Below the pieces are notes generated by a model that was not told the origin of the DNA, made no database searches, and was given only the letters and a program-made list of their open reading frames with translations. From the NCBI GenBank assembly GCA_964016885.1, contig OZ024741.1, positions 312,728,001 to 312,792,000 on the forward strand: 64,000 bases of DNA, given 5' to 3'. Every line of letters begins with the position of its first letter. Position 1 is the stretch's first letter. A program made the translations under genes and the position numbers. This document shows positions 38,725 through 51,847 of the stretch, in pieces. Source of the stretch: Eledone cirrhosa (Eukaryota).

Positions 38725-40200
38725 TGTTCTTTGAGTCTCAGTCATTGATGTTAGTTAACTGGAAAGTTTGTTGAAATGAATATCAAGCCACTACCTGCAG
38801 CCTCAGATATTTAGGATGTATCGGAGGGTTCTTGCTGTTCCCAGCAAGCATGCCTTTTGAAGTGTTCCAAAAAACGGGACGGGGCCAATTTTCTTTAACC
38901 ATCCCTGGAAACTCTTTGAGATAGTCCCTAGTGCGCCTATGACAATCGGGACCACTTTGACTTCATGGCAGTTCTCCCTCTCCTCTTGCACTCTCGTGTC
39001 GAATGGGCAGGCCACATCCACAATCAGGCACGATCTTTTTTCCTTGTCCAAAACCACCAGGTCAGGTCTATTGTGTTCCAGTTTCTTGTCCGTCTGTATC
39101 CTAAAATCCCACAGCACCTTCACCTGATCGTTTTCTATCACCGACTCTGGCTTATGCTCATACCACTTCTCAGAATGTGGTAAATTGTTTACTTTGCATA
39201 GGTGCCAGTGGATCACCGTGCCCATCACATCATGTCTCCAGCCCTTATAGTGAGTCTGGGCTAGGTGTTTACACTCGGATACAATGTGAGCCACAATTTC
39301 CTCTCTCTCTCCACAGATCCTGCACAGTGGGCTAGCCTCCTCCTTGTAAATATGGTGTTTCAGCCACTTCGTTTTGAGGGCCTGCTCTTGCGCAGCCATT
39401 AGCATTCCTTCTGTAGCCTTTTTAAGGTCACCTCTTTTCAACCAGTTCCATGTCTGTGGATCTCTAAATTCAGTTTTCTCAAAGAAGGTACTATGAAGGG
39501 ATTTTTCATGAAGGCTGCTCTTTCTCCTTGTTGTTATTTCCTCCTTGGACATACCCTGGTCTATTGTCCTCTCCATCAGTACAATTCTGAGCATTAGCTT
39601 CCTACTGTCAGTCACCTATTTGTGCAGGTTGTTTTCTCCATCCGAACACAGTCCTCTATGCTGATAATACATATTCTACCTTCAGATCTCTTTAAGTAGA
39701 GTCTAACGACATCACTCCTCTTGTGGAACATGTTGTAGATAGTCAATAGCTTCCTAATCTATCCATTTCTTTTTGTTCAGCAACATTCTATTTCAGAATT
39801 CCCGCACTGTACCTAATAATTGTTTCTACGTTAGGAACAAGGCCAGCAATTACCCAGTGCATTACTGGTACTTTATTTTATCGACCCCGTAAGGATGAAA
39901 GGCAAAGTCAACCTCGGCGGGATTTGAACTCAGATCGTAAAGAGACGTAACTATGCTGGAAAGCATGGCGTCCGACCCTCTACCGATACTGCCATCGGGA
40001 ATTCACTGCACTTATGACATTCCTACTATTTAGATGTGATTTTAATACGTTCCTTACTCTCCTAATGTACTCAGATCTTATCGATTCCTTCTTTTTTTTT
40101 TTTTTTTGTTCTTGATGTCATCTGCCTCCAGAACACCTAAATATTTGTATCCTTCTTCAGTGTCAATTTCCTTTATCATCTCACTTGTTGGTACCTGGAT
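38725..40200 (-). mobile_element. Dong-A, 5'-truncated, interrupted by a SINE
   Basis: 270-aa ORF with CRICGEREEIVAHIVSEC and HNRPDLVVLDKEKRSCLIVDVACPFD. Confidence 0.92.
39820..39994 (-). mobile_element. tRNA-derived SINE, copy 4, nested in Dong-A coding sequence
   Basis: Same family, 5'-truncated at the A box, inserted at a native taataat. Confidence 0.9.
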
Positions 40201-40232
40201 TATTATTATTATTATTATTATTATTGTTGTTA

Positions 40233-43200
40233 TTCCTTGAATCTCAGTCATTGATGTTGGTTAACTGGAAAGTCCGTTGGATTGAATATCAAGCCACTAC
40301 CTGCAGCCTCAGATATTCAGGACGTATCGGAGGGTTCTTGCTGTTCCAAGCAAGCATGCCTTTTGAAGCGTTCCAAAAAGCGTGAAGGGGCCGATTTTCT
40401 TTAACCATCCCTGGAAACTTTTGGAGATAGTCCCCAGTGCGCCTATGACAATCGGGATCACTTTGACTTCATGGCAGTTCCAAATCCTTTTCACCTCCCA
40501 CTTTAGGTCCTGGTATCGGTTAATTTTCTCCCTCTCCTTCTCTTGCACTCTCGTGTCGAACGGCAGGCCACATCCACAATCAGACACGATCTTTTTTCTT
40601 TGTCCACAACCACCAGGTCAGGTCTATTGTGTTCCAGTTTTTTGTCCGTCTGTATCCTAAAATCCCACAGCACCTTCACCTGATTGTTCTCCATCACCGC
40701 CTCTGGCCTATGCTCATACCATTTCTCAGAATGTGATAAATTGTTTACTTTGCACAGGTGCCAGTGGATCACCCTGCCCATCACATCGTGTCTCCAGCCC
40801 TTATGATGGGTCTGGGCTAGGTGTTTACACTCGGACACAATGTGAGCCACAGTCTCCTCTCTCTCTCCACAGATCCTGCACAGTGGGCTAGCCTCCTCCT
40901 TGTAAATATGGTGTTTCAACCACTTCGTTTTGAGGGCCTGCTCCTGCGCAGCCATTAGCATTCCTTCTGTAGCCTTTTTGAGGCCTCCTTTTCTCAACCA
41001 GTTCCATGTCTGTGGATCTCTAAATTCAGTTTTCTCAAAGAAGGTACTATGAAGGGATTTTCCCTTAAGGCTGCTCTTCCTCCTTGATGTTATTTTCTCC
41101 TTGGACATCCCCTGGCCTACTGTCCCCTCCTTCAGTACAGTTCTGAGCATTGGCTCCTTACTATAGGTCACGTATTTGTATAGGTTGTTTTTCTCCATCT
41201 GAACACAGTCCTCTATGCTGATAAGACCTCTTCCACCCTCAGATCTCCCTAGGTAGAGTCTATCGACATCACTCCTCTTGTGGAACATGTTGTAGATAGT
41301 CAATAGCTTCCTAGTCTTCCTATCCATTTCTTTTTGTTCGGCAACATTCCATCTCAGAATTCCCGCACTGTACCTAATAATAGACACAGCTCGGGAATTT
41401 ACTGCGCTTATGGCATTTCTGCTGTTCAGATGTGACTTCAATACGCTCCTTACTCTCCGAATGTATTCAGTTCTTAACAATTCCTTCATTTTTTTGTTCT
41501 TTATGACATCAGCCTCCAGAACGCCCAAATACTTGTATCCTTCCTCAGAGTCAATTTCCTTTATCATTTCACCTGTTGGTATCTGGATCCCGTTACTTCT
41601 GCTCAACCTACCCCTCCTCATCACAATGACTCCACATTTACCAATACCATACTGCATGCATATATCATTGCTGAAAATACGGACAGTGTCAACAAGCACA
41701 TCCAACTCCTTCTCACTTTTCCCGAAGAGCTTAAGATCGTCCATAAAGAGGAGGTGATTGATGGTAAGCTCTCCCCTTCCAAACTTGTATCCTGCTCTCA
41801 CTTTTCGCAGCATAATGGTCAAGGGCATCAGGGCAAGGACAAACAACAGAGGGGACAGGCTATCTCCCTGGAAGATACCTCTCTTGATCTTCACACTTCC
41901 CAAGGATACTCCAGTTGATGTCAACTCTGTCTCCCAGGACCGCATAATCCTGCCCAGCAACTGTCTGATGTTGTCTGCCACCCTGAAGATCTCCAGGCTT
42001 TTGGTGATCCAAGAATGAGGCACCATGTCAAATGCCTTTCTGTAGTCTATCCATCCCATGGCAAGATCAGTGTGTTTCCTCCTGCAATTCCCCATTACCA
42101 TCTTATCAATAAGTAACTGGTCCTTTGTACCACGTGACTTCTTTCGGCATCCTTTCTGTTCGTCCGGTAACAAGTTGTTTGTATGGAGGTGATGGTAGAT
42201 TTCCTCAGACACGATGCTCGTCAACAGTTTCCACATTACGGACAGACATGTGATAGGTCTGTAGTTGGTAACATCATTACACTTGATTCGGTCTTTCATT
42301 ATCAGAACTGTGGTAACTTTTGTCAACCACTCTGGCACCTCACCCGACACCAAGCAGTCATTGAACATGGCCGTCAGCTTCGGGTGGAGGGATGTTAAAT
42401 GTTTAATCCAATACCCCTGCACACCATCTGGGCCTGGTGATTTCCAGTTGGTTAGTTTTTTGGCCTGCCCCTTAAGAGTTTCAACTGTGATACTCAAATC
42501 AGTTTGTTGTTGTGCCTGCTCACCGATCTCCCTCTGTACTGTCTCAATCCACCCTGCTTGGACATTATGTCTAACATCCTGCTCCCATATTCCTCTCCAG
42601 AATGTTTTAGTTTGCTCCGCCCCAGGGATCAAGTCGTTGCCTCTTTCTTTTCCCTCAAGCTGTCCAAACAGCATCTTCTGGTTGTTGTCGAACATGCGGT
42701 TCTGTTTATACTGACTGACTCTGTTCTCGTATCGCCTGATTTTTGCACTCTTTGCTACAATGCGTTGCTTCAGTTCCTCTATGGTAATATTTAGCTTTTT
42801 CCTCCTAGTTTTGTATTTTATTTCCAGTCTATTTTTAGTGCCTATGTTTTTTAGTGTCCCATTCAGTAGTGACTCAAGCTTTCCTATGACATTTCTCATT
42901 TCTCCGATTTGCCCACTCAGTCGCTTCTTCCACCACGGCTCTGCTCTTTCTTGTCTGTTGTTTCCTCTCGCTTTTATACCAAGTAGTTTCCTCACCGTAT
43001 TTGCTGTTGCTTTGAGGATATTGTTGCACTGGTGAAGGCTCCTCGCCTCAAGGTATGGGATGACTTTGTTTACCTTAGCTGTTGATTCTTTTAACTTTTT
43101 CCTGTCTACAAATCTTAGGTTCATAGGTTTCCCACTATCATTGTTCAATTCAACTACCACTAAATTTAGGGTGTCAACCGAATCTTGTCCTAGCCCGTCA

Positions 43201-43388
43201 GCATTCATCTCCTCAGTGGCCGTATCTCTGTTCCAGGTATTATTTATCTCAGTATTCAGATCATTGTCTGCTTCGGGTGGTTCCTCCGTTCTCAGGACCT
43301 CTTCACCTTCATTTCCCACTGGCTCGCTTGTCTGGCATACTACACCCGCCATCTCCAAGCCATTCTCTCTGCTCAGTTCCTCCAGTTC
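40233..43388 (-). mobile_element. Dong-A, 5'-truncated, best-preserved copy
   Basis: Contains the 951-aa ORF and the 3' UTR. TTA tracts on both sides. Confidence 0.95.
40503..43358 (-). pseudogene. Dong-A RT-CCHC-RLE polyprotein (951 aa open; N terminus missing, frameshift inside the RLE)
   Basis: WKSPGPDG, NYRPITCL, DYRKAFDMVPH, GIFQGDSLSP, FMDDLKL, YKYLG, GGRGL, CRICGEREETVAHIVSEC, HNRPDLVV..DVAC. Continues in another frame (40309-40587). Confidence 0.93.
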
Positions 43389-43389
43389 C

Positions 43390-43438
<49 letters not shown>

Positions 43439-43452
43439 TTATTATTATTATT
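43389..43452. repeat. (TTA)n microsatellite
   Basis: Directly visible. Confidence 0.95.
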
Positions 43453-43659
43453 GGCGACCTACGTAGTAAATCGTATCATCGTGAGCTCCGCAAAGGTTTG
43501 TTATTTCCGTTTGTTAAAAATTGCCATTCATGGAAAATTTTATTGTTAACTGTTTATAAGCACACATACATTGTTTTCCGAAAAGGACACCCACAAAGAT
43601 TGGGGCCTTGTGCCCAAAATTTTAACTTTTATTATTATCAAAAAATTTCTTTGAAAAAA

Positions 43660-45648
43660 ATGGCTACTTCACCTCTGCACGAAGCAGCTGAAAGCCTTCC
43701 TCACAAAATAACACCTCACACCGACACCACCATTGTAAATGTTACTACGTGTGCCAACACAAAAAAAAATATAAGCAGTAGCAATATTTTTAATTTGTCT
43801 CAGGCAGACATTCATTTCCCGCCATTACCAATGACTGCAGGTGTTAAAGCCTCCACCACCACCACCACCGCGACAACCACCACCACCACCACCACCACCG
43901 CGACAACAAAAACAAAAGAAGAAAAAAATAAATTAACTCGTGATGTCGAAATGAAATCAAGCAAAATGGACTCTTCCCCACCAAAGACGACTGACGTCAC
44001 CACCACCACAACTGAAACTAAAATTAATATTAACACAAATAACGATAGCAACAACAACAACAATGACACTATAAAAACCACCCTCAGTTTCGCCAGAGTA
44101 GCAAAACAGTTCGAAGCATTTACAGTAACTCAGGAGAATTTAGAAAATGCCAAACAAATGGTAAAGAAAGATGGGTACAGGGTCAGCCTCACCCCCCACC
44201 TAATAAAATGGAGCATCGGTGCCTATGCACCGTGTCGTATCGGACAATAAATGTAAAATCGCGCCGAGTGGAACGGGCATCCGAGTCCCAAATCCAAAAA
44301 GCTTTGGGACATGTGTGGGCAAGAAAAACCCACATCAGACGTGGGCAAAAGTATGGAACCGTGGACGTGTTCTTTGAAACACCAGAGGAGGCTAGAGAAC
44401 ACTCCATGGCCCCATTAAGAAGTGACGACTTCACACTCGTCCCAAGCTATTGTGGCCAGAGACTCGTAAAGATCAGGGTGACCCACGTTCCACCGGCCAT
44501 CGAAATTCCCTGGCTAATAGCGGCCGCCCTCGCCGGCATCGAAGCCAACACAAAAATAATAGCAATAGCAAAAGAAAAGTAGGAGAACTGGTCCGGATCT
44601 GAGATGGAGCTCCTGATCCAAGCGGACCAAAAAAGCATTGAGGAGATCCCAGAGGTAATAGACCTCACTGACGGCAGCCACCTCACGGTAATTGTCGAGG
44701 GCAGAAGACCTAGGTGTGTCGTTTGTGTTGAAGGAACCCACCTAAGGGCTTTCTGCCCTCAGGCTAAAAGGTTGAGGGCACCTCTCCTAACCACCCCAGT
44801 GACACAACCATCAACACCACCAGTAGCAGAGATGGCAGCAACAACTGTAGCAGCAACAACAGAAGCAACTATAACAGCAACAACCCCAGCAACAGTAGCA
44901 AAACCAACACCACCACCACAACCAGCAAAACCAACACCACCACCACCCAACGCTTCAGAACTAGCACCAGCGCCTACATCATCCACCACGCCACAACCAA
45001 AACTAACGCCTGTGGAGGATTTTCCACTCCCCGGCCTATCACAACTGGAGACAGACTGTGACGACGAGGAGTGGGAAACGATATCTGGAAAAAAAAAAGA
45101 AACCAAAAAAGAAAAAATTCTCTTCCTTCCCCCTCCAAAAACAAAATACAGAGGGAAACAAATAAACTATCAAACAAAAAAGTTAGGACAGATATGCCAC
45201 CATCCACACCAGCATCACCAACCCCATCAACCCAAACACCAACACCATCACCATCATTAACCCCAACACCACCATCACTACACCACAAAAGTCACCAAAA
45301 TGCGAAACAGAAACAAACCCACAACAAACGCAAACAAAACAAAACAACCAAAACGATACACACGACACAGCATTAAATTTGAACAACAAGCAATTATTAC
45401 ACTACATCCAACACAACACCAGCATCACAGAAAATGACTACACAACAACCCCAAAGTTCACACCATCTCCACACATACAAATCACTTGCATCACACAGAA
45501 AACGTACATGACACTAAAAAAAAAATTCCCCAAAGACATCGGAGACTTCCGACAAGCACTCTCCAGGAGGATTTATAAGGACATCCTTACTGAGGAGGCC
45601 ACAAGCAGTGAAAAGGATGGAAGAACCGTCCTTCCCTACGAGAAGTAA
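43660..45648 (+). pseudogene. Tx1-A ORF1 (low-complexity N terminus, RRM-like segment, CX2CX4HX4C knuckle, Pro/Thr-rich tail)
   Basis: MATSPLHE..., SFARVAK, GQKYGTVDVFF, CVVCVEGTHLRAFC. Several frameshifts and stops. Confidence 0.8.
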
Positions 45649-45655
45649 GGTAAGT
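45648..45655 (+). promoter_or_regulatory. Consensus 5' splice donor AG|GTAAGT at the Tx1 ORF1/ORF2 boundary (also at 24137, 30316, 36220, 51259)
   Basis: GGTAAGT is present in all five ORF1-bearing Tx1 copies, 37-40 nt before CAACATG. Function is inferred. Confidence 0.55.
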
Positions 45656-45687
45656 GGTCTTTCCCATCTTTTCGACTCCTTTTCAAC

Positions 45688-48600
45688 ATGACCTCACTCA
45701 GAATAGGCAGCATAAATGCGGGTGGCTTGGGGTCGTCATGGAAGAAGGGCCACCTGCTCAACGACCTCAGGTCACTAAAGATAGATGTAGTGGCCATCAG
45801 CGAAACCAGAATCTCCGAGGCACAGGCTTTCGCACCTATCTTCGGCGGCTACGATGTGTACGCATCTCCCAGCCGTCCGGGATCGGGGGGAGGAGTTTCT
45901 GTGCTTTTTCGGAGAGGTTTGGATCTTGCCATACGGGCCATCTTCCTGGACCCAGAAGGTAAGTTGGTGGTGCTGGACGTGACCAGCGGAGACGGGCAAG
46001 CTTTCAGGTTAGTGGCCGTCTATGCCCCGACAGGAGCAGGGCGGCCTGATTTCTTCCGGCGTCTGGAGACCTTTCTTGGAACGTCCCGCTCTTTAGTGTT
46101 AGTGGGCGACTGGAACGGGATCTTAGATGCACGCTGGGATTGTGTGGGTTTAGTGGATAGGGAAGGAGGGTGCAAGAGTCTCACCGACCTGCTCAGACGT
46201 TTTGAACTGTCTGACAGGTACCGGATGGATTTCCCGAATGTACCAATGTGGACTTGGACAAATCGCATAGGGTCATCCAGATCATATCTAGATAGAGTAT
46301 TTTGTAGGGAAATAGATAGGTCTAGCATAGGCTGTCCACAATTCAAGATAGTCAGCTACACGGACCACAAATTCGTGATCTGTGTGCTTGACTTAGATAG
46401 GCTTCATAGACGAGGACCCGGCTACTGGAAGCTAAACGCGTCTACCAGCGCGCAAGGCCTACAGAGACCGGATTAGCGAACTAGTTAAGCGGGCGTTGAC
46501 GGGGGCCATCGTCAACAACAAGTGGTGGTTTGCTCTGAAAAGAGCAATTAGAATAGAGTCCATTAGGTTTAGTAAGACTTTAGCAATAGAGAAAAATAGA
46601 GCAGAGGGAGAATTAGTTAGAAAATTAGATGAGGCGCTTAGCAAAGGCATCGCGACCGACGTACTTGCGGCGAAATTGGCCCTTGACCAATTCTTCAATG
46701 CAAAGCACGAAGGCTGCGTTGTCAGAGCTAGGGTGCGTGCTCTCAGACACGAGGGGACGAAAGCCGTTAAATGGGCCCGAGTGGCGGAGGCGCGTCGTGG
46801 CAACAAAGCCACGATCCGGTCTTTGGTGGACAACGACGGGCGCATGCTACTCGATCCCGGGCAAATGTGTGAAGCTTTTCAGCGACACTTCGCTCAAATG
46901 TTCGGGGGCAGTGGCGGGCCGGATCGAGGGATGGACTTTAGTGTCTACCTCAACGGACTGCCGCGGCTTTCGGCCACTGAGGCGGAGTGTTGCGAAAAGC
47001 CGATAACAACCGCTGAAGTACGGGATGCAATGACTAGTTGCACAAGGGGTAAATCGCCTGGTTTGGATGGTCTGCCCTATGAACTTTACGTACAAATGCC
47101 AAACTTGTTCGGAGGCCGCTTGGCGGACGTCTACTGCCACTGGCAACAGGACAGGAGAATTCCCAGCTCTGTGAGCCTAGGAGCGGTGGCGCTGCTGAGA
47201 AAGGATCCGAACAAGGGGGATAACATAGATAATTTTAGGCCCATATCTGCTAAACACAGAGTTCAAGATTTTGGCCAAGGTGCTAGCAAAGAGGTTGGCG
47301 CTTGTCGTTGGTGGTCTGGTGGGAGAGGCACAGACATGCGCCATTCCCGACAGATCCATCCACGACAACCTCCACCTCATGCGATACATCGTAGAGAGGG
47401 TAGCTAGGGAACCTGGCACGGGTGGGTCTTTGATCAATTTAGATAGAGTCGAAAGCCTTCGATAGGGTCGACCATCGTTACCTAACGGCAGTCCTGAGGG
47501 CGGCTGGCTTTGGGCCCGTCTTCAGAGGCTGGATCGCTGCCATGCACAGCGACATCTGCTCTGTAGTGAGAGTGAACGGTCACCTTTCGGAACCGTTCAA
47601 CATCATGCGCTCGGTCCGCCAAGGATGTCCCCTCTCGTCCCTATTGTACGTATTGACTCTCGAGCCATTACTGCACAAACTGAAGACGTTGAAGGGGGAC
47701 CCACGTGAACTAGGATGCGGAAGATCCGTGTCAGCATATGCCGACGATGTCACCGTAGTGGTGTCGAACGCCAAACACATCGAGGCGATCGGCACTACAC
47801 TAAGAGAATACGAAGCGGTGACAGGAGCAATGATCAACCAGGAAAAGTCAGTGGGCCTGCAGCTCGGCACCTGGAGAGGAAGGTCCATGCCGTCCAACAG
47901 CGTCGTCGGGCGCTGGACGGACGGACCGGTTAAATTGCTAGGGGTCTGGTTCGGTCCAGACCTCCAGACGGACAAAAACTGGGACGAGGTGACGAGCAGG
48001 GTGGCTTCTCTCACCCAGAAATGGGCCGAGAGGAAGCTATCCCTGAAAGGTCGAGCGGAGGTGGAGAATGGGTACACCGCATCCGTCATCTACTACCGCC
48101 TGACCGTCGTACCTTGTCCTAAGCCCCGCCTGACTGCGCTAGAGCGTTTGCTCTTTCGCTTCTTGTGGAAGGGACGCGCTCCGATGGTCAGGCGGTCCAT
48201 CTGCTGTCAACACCCGCTACGTGGAGGGCTGGGCAAGCCGTGGCTGATGATGCGCAGACACGCGCTCAGGCTACGACATCTCCACCTCTTCCTCGAGGGT
48301 GATCAGGTGTGGTCGCCGTTTGCAAGACACGTTTTTCCCCAGCTCGTCTCCTTGACGGAGCTGCAGTCCTGGGTCAAGCGAAGACCGAGAGGGAGCGCTT
48401 GGAGACTGGAATGTCTTCAGGCGCTAACAGCCCTCGACCAATCGGGCAATGTGATCGGTGGAAACTCCACCTTGGCGTTCTATAGGGGATTAGTGGAGGG
48501 GAAGAGCGACGACGTACTTGGAGAAACTCTAGGCGTCGACGAAAATCAACTAGCCAATCTCTTCGGAAGGACTTTCCGGCCGGGGCCTATGGACAACTTC

Positions 48601-49016
48601 CAGAAATCCCTGGCCTGGCAGTGCTACCGAGGAGCTTTGCCAGTTCGGGATAAACTCTACAAGTATGGAGGTGCCGTCAGCCGGGCATGTCCGAGATGCG
48701 CGCAGGGCGACGAAACCGTCCTGCACGCACTCGTCCAGTGTCCGAGCATTGCTGACTTGTGGGTTTATGTCGAACACCTGCTGTCACGTGTAGGACCTAT
48801 CCAGCTATCAGCTGAGTCCATCGTGAGGATTGCCCCGCCCCCTTCCTTTAGCCTGGAAGGGCAGGCAGTTTTTATCTGTCTGGTGGACATGGCGAAAGAG
48901 ACAGTATGGTGGACACGTTTGAAAGGCCTGAAGACGAGCACTTACCTCTTCGGTGATGCCCTGATTAACTTTTTCAAATTTCATTTGAAAAGGAAAATCA
49001 GGGTAGAGAGGGAAGT
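45688..49016 (+). pseudogene. Tx1-A ORF2 (APE endonuclease, RT, zf-RVT)
   Basis: Long frames 45688-46476, 46496-47407 and 47542 onward carry GDWN, TDHK, SPGLDGLPYE, VRQGCPLS, YADD and CPRC..ETVLHALVQC. Confidence 0.92.
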
Positions 49017-49188
49017 TCCATGTCTGTGGATCTCTAAATTCAGTTTTCTCAAAGAAGGTACTATGAAGGGATTTTCCCTTAAGGCTGCTCTTCCTCCTTG
49101 ATGTTATTTCCTCCTTGGACATCCCCTTGCCTACTGTCCCCTCCTTCAGTACAGTTCTGAGCATTGGCTCCTTACTATAGGTCACGTA

Positions 49189-49189
<1 letters not shown>
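49014..49189 (-). mobile_element. Dong-A internal fragment
   Basis: Matches 41000-41175. Confidence 0.9.
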
Positions 49190-49238
<49 letters not shown>

Positions 49239-51847
49239 TAGTTTTTGTATTTTCTTATCGAAGCATAAGGTACCCACCTAGGTTCCAAGGTGGGAAAACC
49301 TCTCAATATTCGGGCTTTAAGCCCGAATATCCAGATTTATATTCAGATTAACAGATTTATTTTAAAAACCGCTTCTCCATCAAAACAAACAAAAAATGGA
49401 AAATTTCGACCTTGAAACAGTACACAACATACAGGTCAAACGTTCAAGCCTGTCACCAATCCCACTGAATACAGAAAGAAGATAGTAGCAGTACCTTCTC
49501 AAAATGACATCACCACCTCCACCACATACTACACAACAACTCAGAAAAACAACGACACCAACAACCTCATTGTAAACATTATATACAATGTAAACACTGA
49601 TGGCGGCGGCAAGAGCAACGGCAACAGCAACAAACAAAACAACAACAACACCAACAACAAGAGCAAGAACGACAACACCAACAACAAGAGCAATGGACGC
49701 GTCACCTTTGCAGCGGCAGCTGCGAAAACAAAGCGCTTTTTCAATGTGGATATTAGCGATAAGGACCAGCAGTTGGCCCAGGCGTGGAGGTTAATTAAGC
49801 GAGAGAAGTCCTGGGCAAACCTGACCATCCCGGACGGGGAAATTGTGGCCATGCAAAGGAGGACGGTGTACTTTCGATGCATTTCAGTGCAGACACGTAA
49901 AGTGGAACACGCTAGCCAAGCAGAAGTCGAGGCTGCTTTGAGGTGCATCGGAAGTGACATCGAGTACAAAGCAATGGCCAAGCAGTTCGGTACCATCTGC
50001 GTGCTGTTCAAAACCGAGGCCCTTGCTATTAAGCACTCGGTGACCCCCTGCAGAATGGAACGCATATCATGCACCCGTCCCACATGGGCAAAAGGACAGT
50101 AAAGGTCCGCATTTCCAGGATCCCACCAGGAATGAACATATGGTGGCTCCTGGGATGCGTAATCGATAAGGTGACAGACACTACCCTCCTAGATATCAAA
50201 CGGACAGAGAGAGAAGACTGGTCTGGAATGGATTTGGAGATTCTTCTCCAAATGAAACCATCCCGGATTTTGCCCGCCTGCAGGACGGGACAAGAATCCA
50301 ATTAATCAGTGAGGGAGGAAAGCCGCACTGCTTCGTCTGCGGAGAAGCAACACATCTGTAAGCCTTTTGCCCTCAGCTCAAAAATTTACGGGGTCGCAAA
50401 CCCCCTTTGTTGCCAACGCCAGTGTCAGCACGGAAAGTTGCCCCACCAACACTAAAAACAACACCAACAAAGACACAGGTAACACCGCCAACATCAAAAA
50501 CAGCTGGACCAACACCAACACCGAAACCAATCCAAGAGGAAAACGAGGAAAGCTCTCTCACTCCCCCTACCCATCCAATTATACACATAGACAAAACAAT
50601 AAACTCACACACAGACACAGATACACTCACAGCCGCAGACCCTTTGTCTTTCAGCAGCGAAGATGAAGGAAAACCCAAAAGTGCCAAAAAACAGAGAAAA
50701 CTCACCAAAAAAGCCCCAATAAAACACAAAAACATACACAACAAAAAATACAGACGCCACTAACGCAAACACTTCCCCAATAACATCAGCATCAACATCA
50801 ACATTAACACCACCTCCACAATCCCCGAAACGCAACAACCTAAACAAACACAAGAACAAATAAACACACAAATACCTGAAATTGGAGACACCACACCTAC
50901 AACAAACACAGACATACCCGAAACAACACCACCAAAACCATCACCCCCACAGTCACCAAAACGAAAATAAATAAAACCACACCAACAAAATATTAAAAGA
51001 TAAACTGATGGCACTTTGAGCACGAAGCGAGGACATTCAAACAGAGGGAGAGATCTTTGAAATGAGCACATTTTGCGTGCCAGAAGATTTTCTTCTTATC
51101 CGAATGTCGCTCGATTCCTTCAAAGAAATTCGGAAGAGCTTTCCTCAAGACGTGGGAACACCGAATGTTAAACCCACATCGAGACATTTAAAGGGGTTCC
51201 AAAAGAAACCTACCAACCATGGAGATCGAACCACCCGACCTTCACAAAACCCCGAGAGGTAAGTAAACCTTCCATCTCTCTTTTAGCTTTCCAACATGGC
51301 CATATTAAGAGTAGGAAGTTTAAATGTTTGCAGCCTGGGGTCACCCTGGAAGCAGGGTCGCCTGCTCAACGACAATCAGATATTTGGAAATCGATGTGAT
51401 TGCCGTGAGCGAGACCAGAATTTCCGACTCGCGCACACTAGCTCCCATTTTCGATGACTATCAGATCTTCGCATCTTTTAACAGGCCGGGAATGGGAGGT
51501 GGGGTGGCAGTGCTGTTTAGGTCAGGACTGGATCTCGAGGTAAGGTCGATCTTCCGGGACACGGAGCGTAAGTTGGTGGTCTTGGATGTGAGCAGCAGCG
51601 AAGGTGGTGCCTTTAAACTGCTGGCCGTCTACGCCCATACTAGGTACGTCTCGCCCTTTACTGTTAGCGGGGGACTGGAACAGCATCTTACACGCACGCT
51701 GGGATTGTGTGGGAGTAGCTGATAGGAGCGGGTGGTGCAAAAGCCGCTAGCACCTAATCAGCCAGTTCCAACTGTCTGACAGGTATCGACTAGAGTTCCC
51801 CAATACGCCAATGTGGACATGGACCAACCACATGGGGTCATCTAGAT

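Larger units (their letters stand above)
43453..49016 (+). mobile_element. Tx1-A copy 2, 5'-complete, 3' end deleted
   Basis: Same 5' end as 22418. Breaks off at ...KIRVERE and runs into Dong-A sequence. Confidence 0.93.

Noticed and set aside
41410-43035. Long antisense ORFs overlapping RT regions (many throughout the window)
   Set aside because: Expected shadows of coding sequence. They recur only because the elements are repeated.
43060-44250. 396-aa plus-strand ORF
   Set aside because: Chance fusion of antisense Dong-A, poly-Tyr from the TTA tract, the Tx1 5' UTR and the start of ORF1. Only the part from ATG 43660 is credible.
47542-49185. Apparent Tx1-Dong fusion ORFs on both strands
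   Set aside because: Read-through across a microhomology deletion junction between antiparallel elements, with no sign of a functional fusion.
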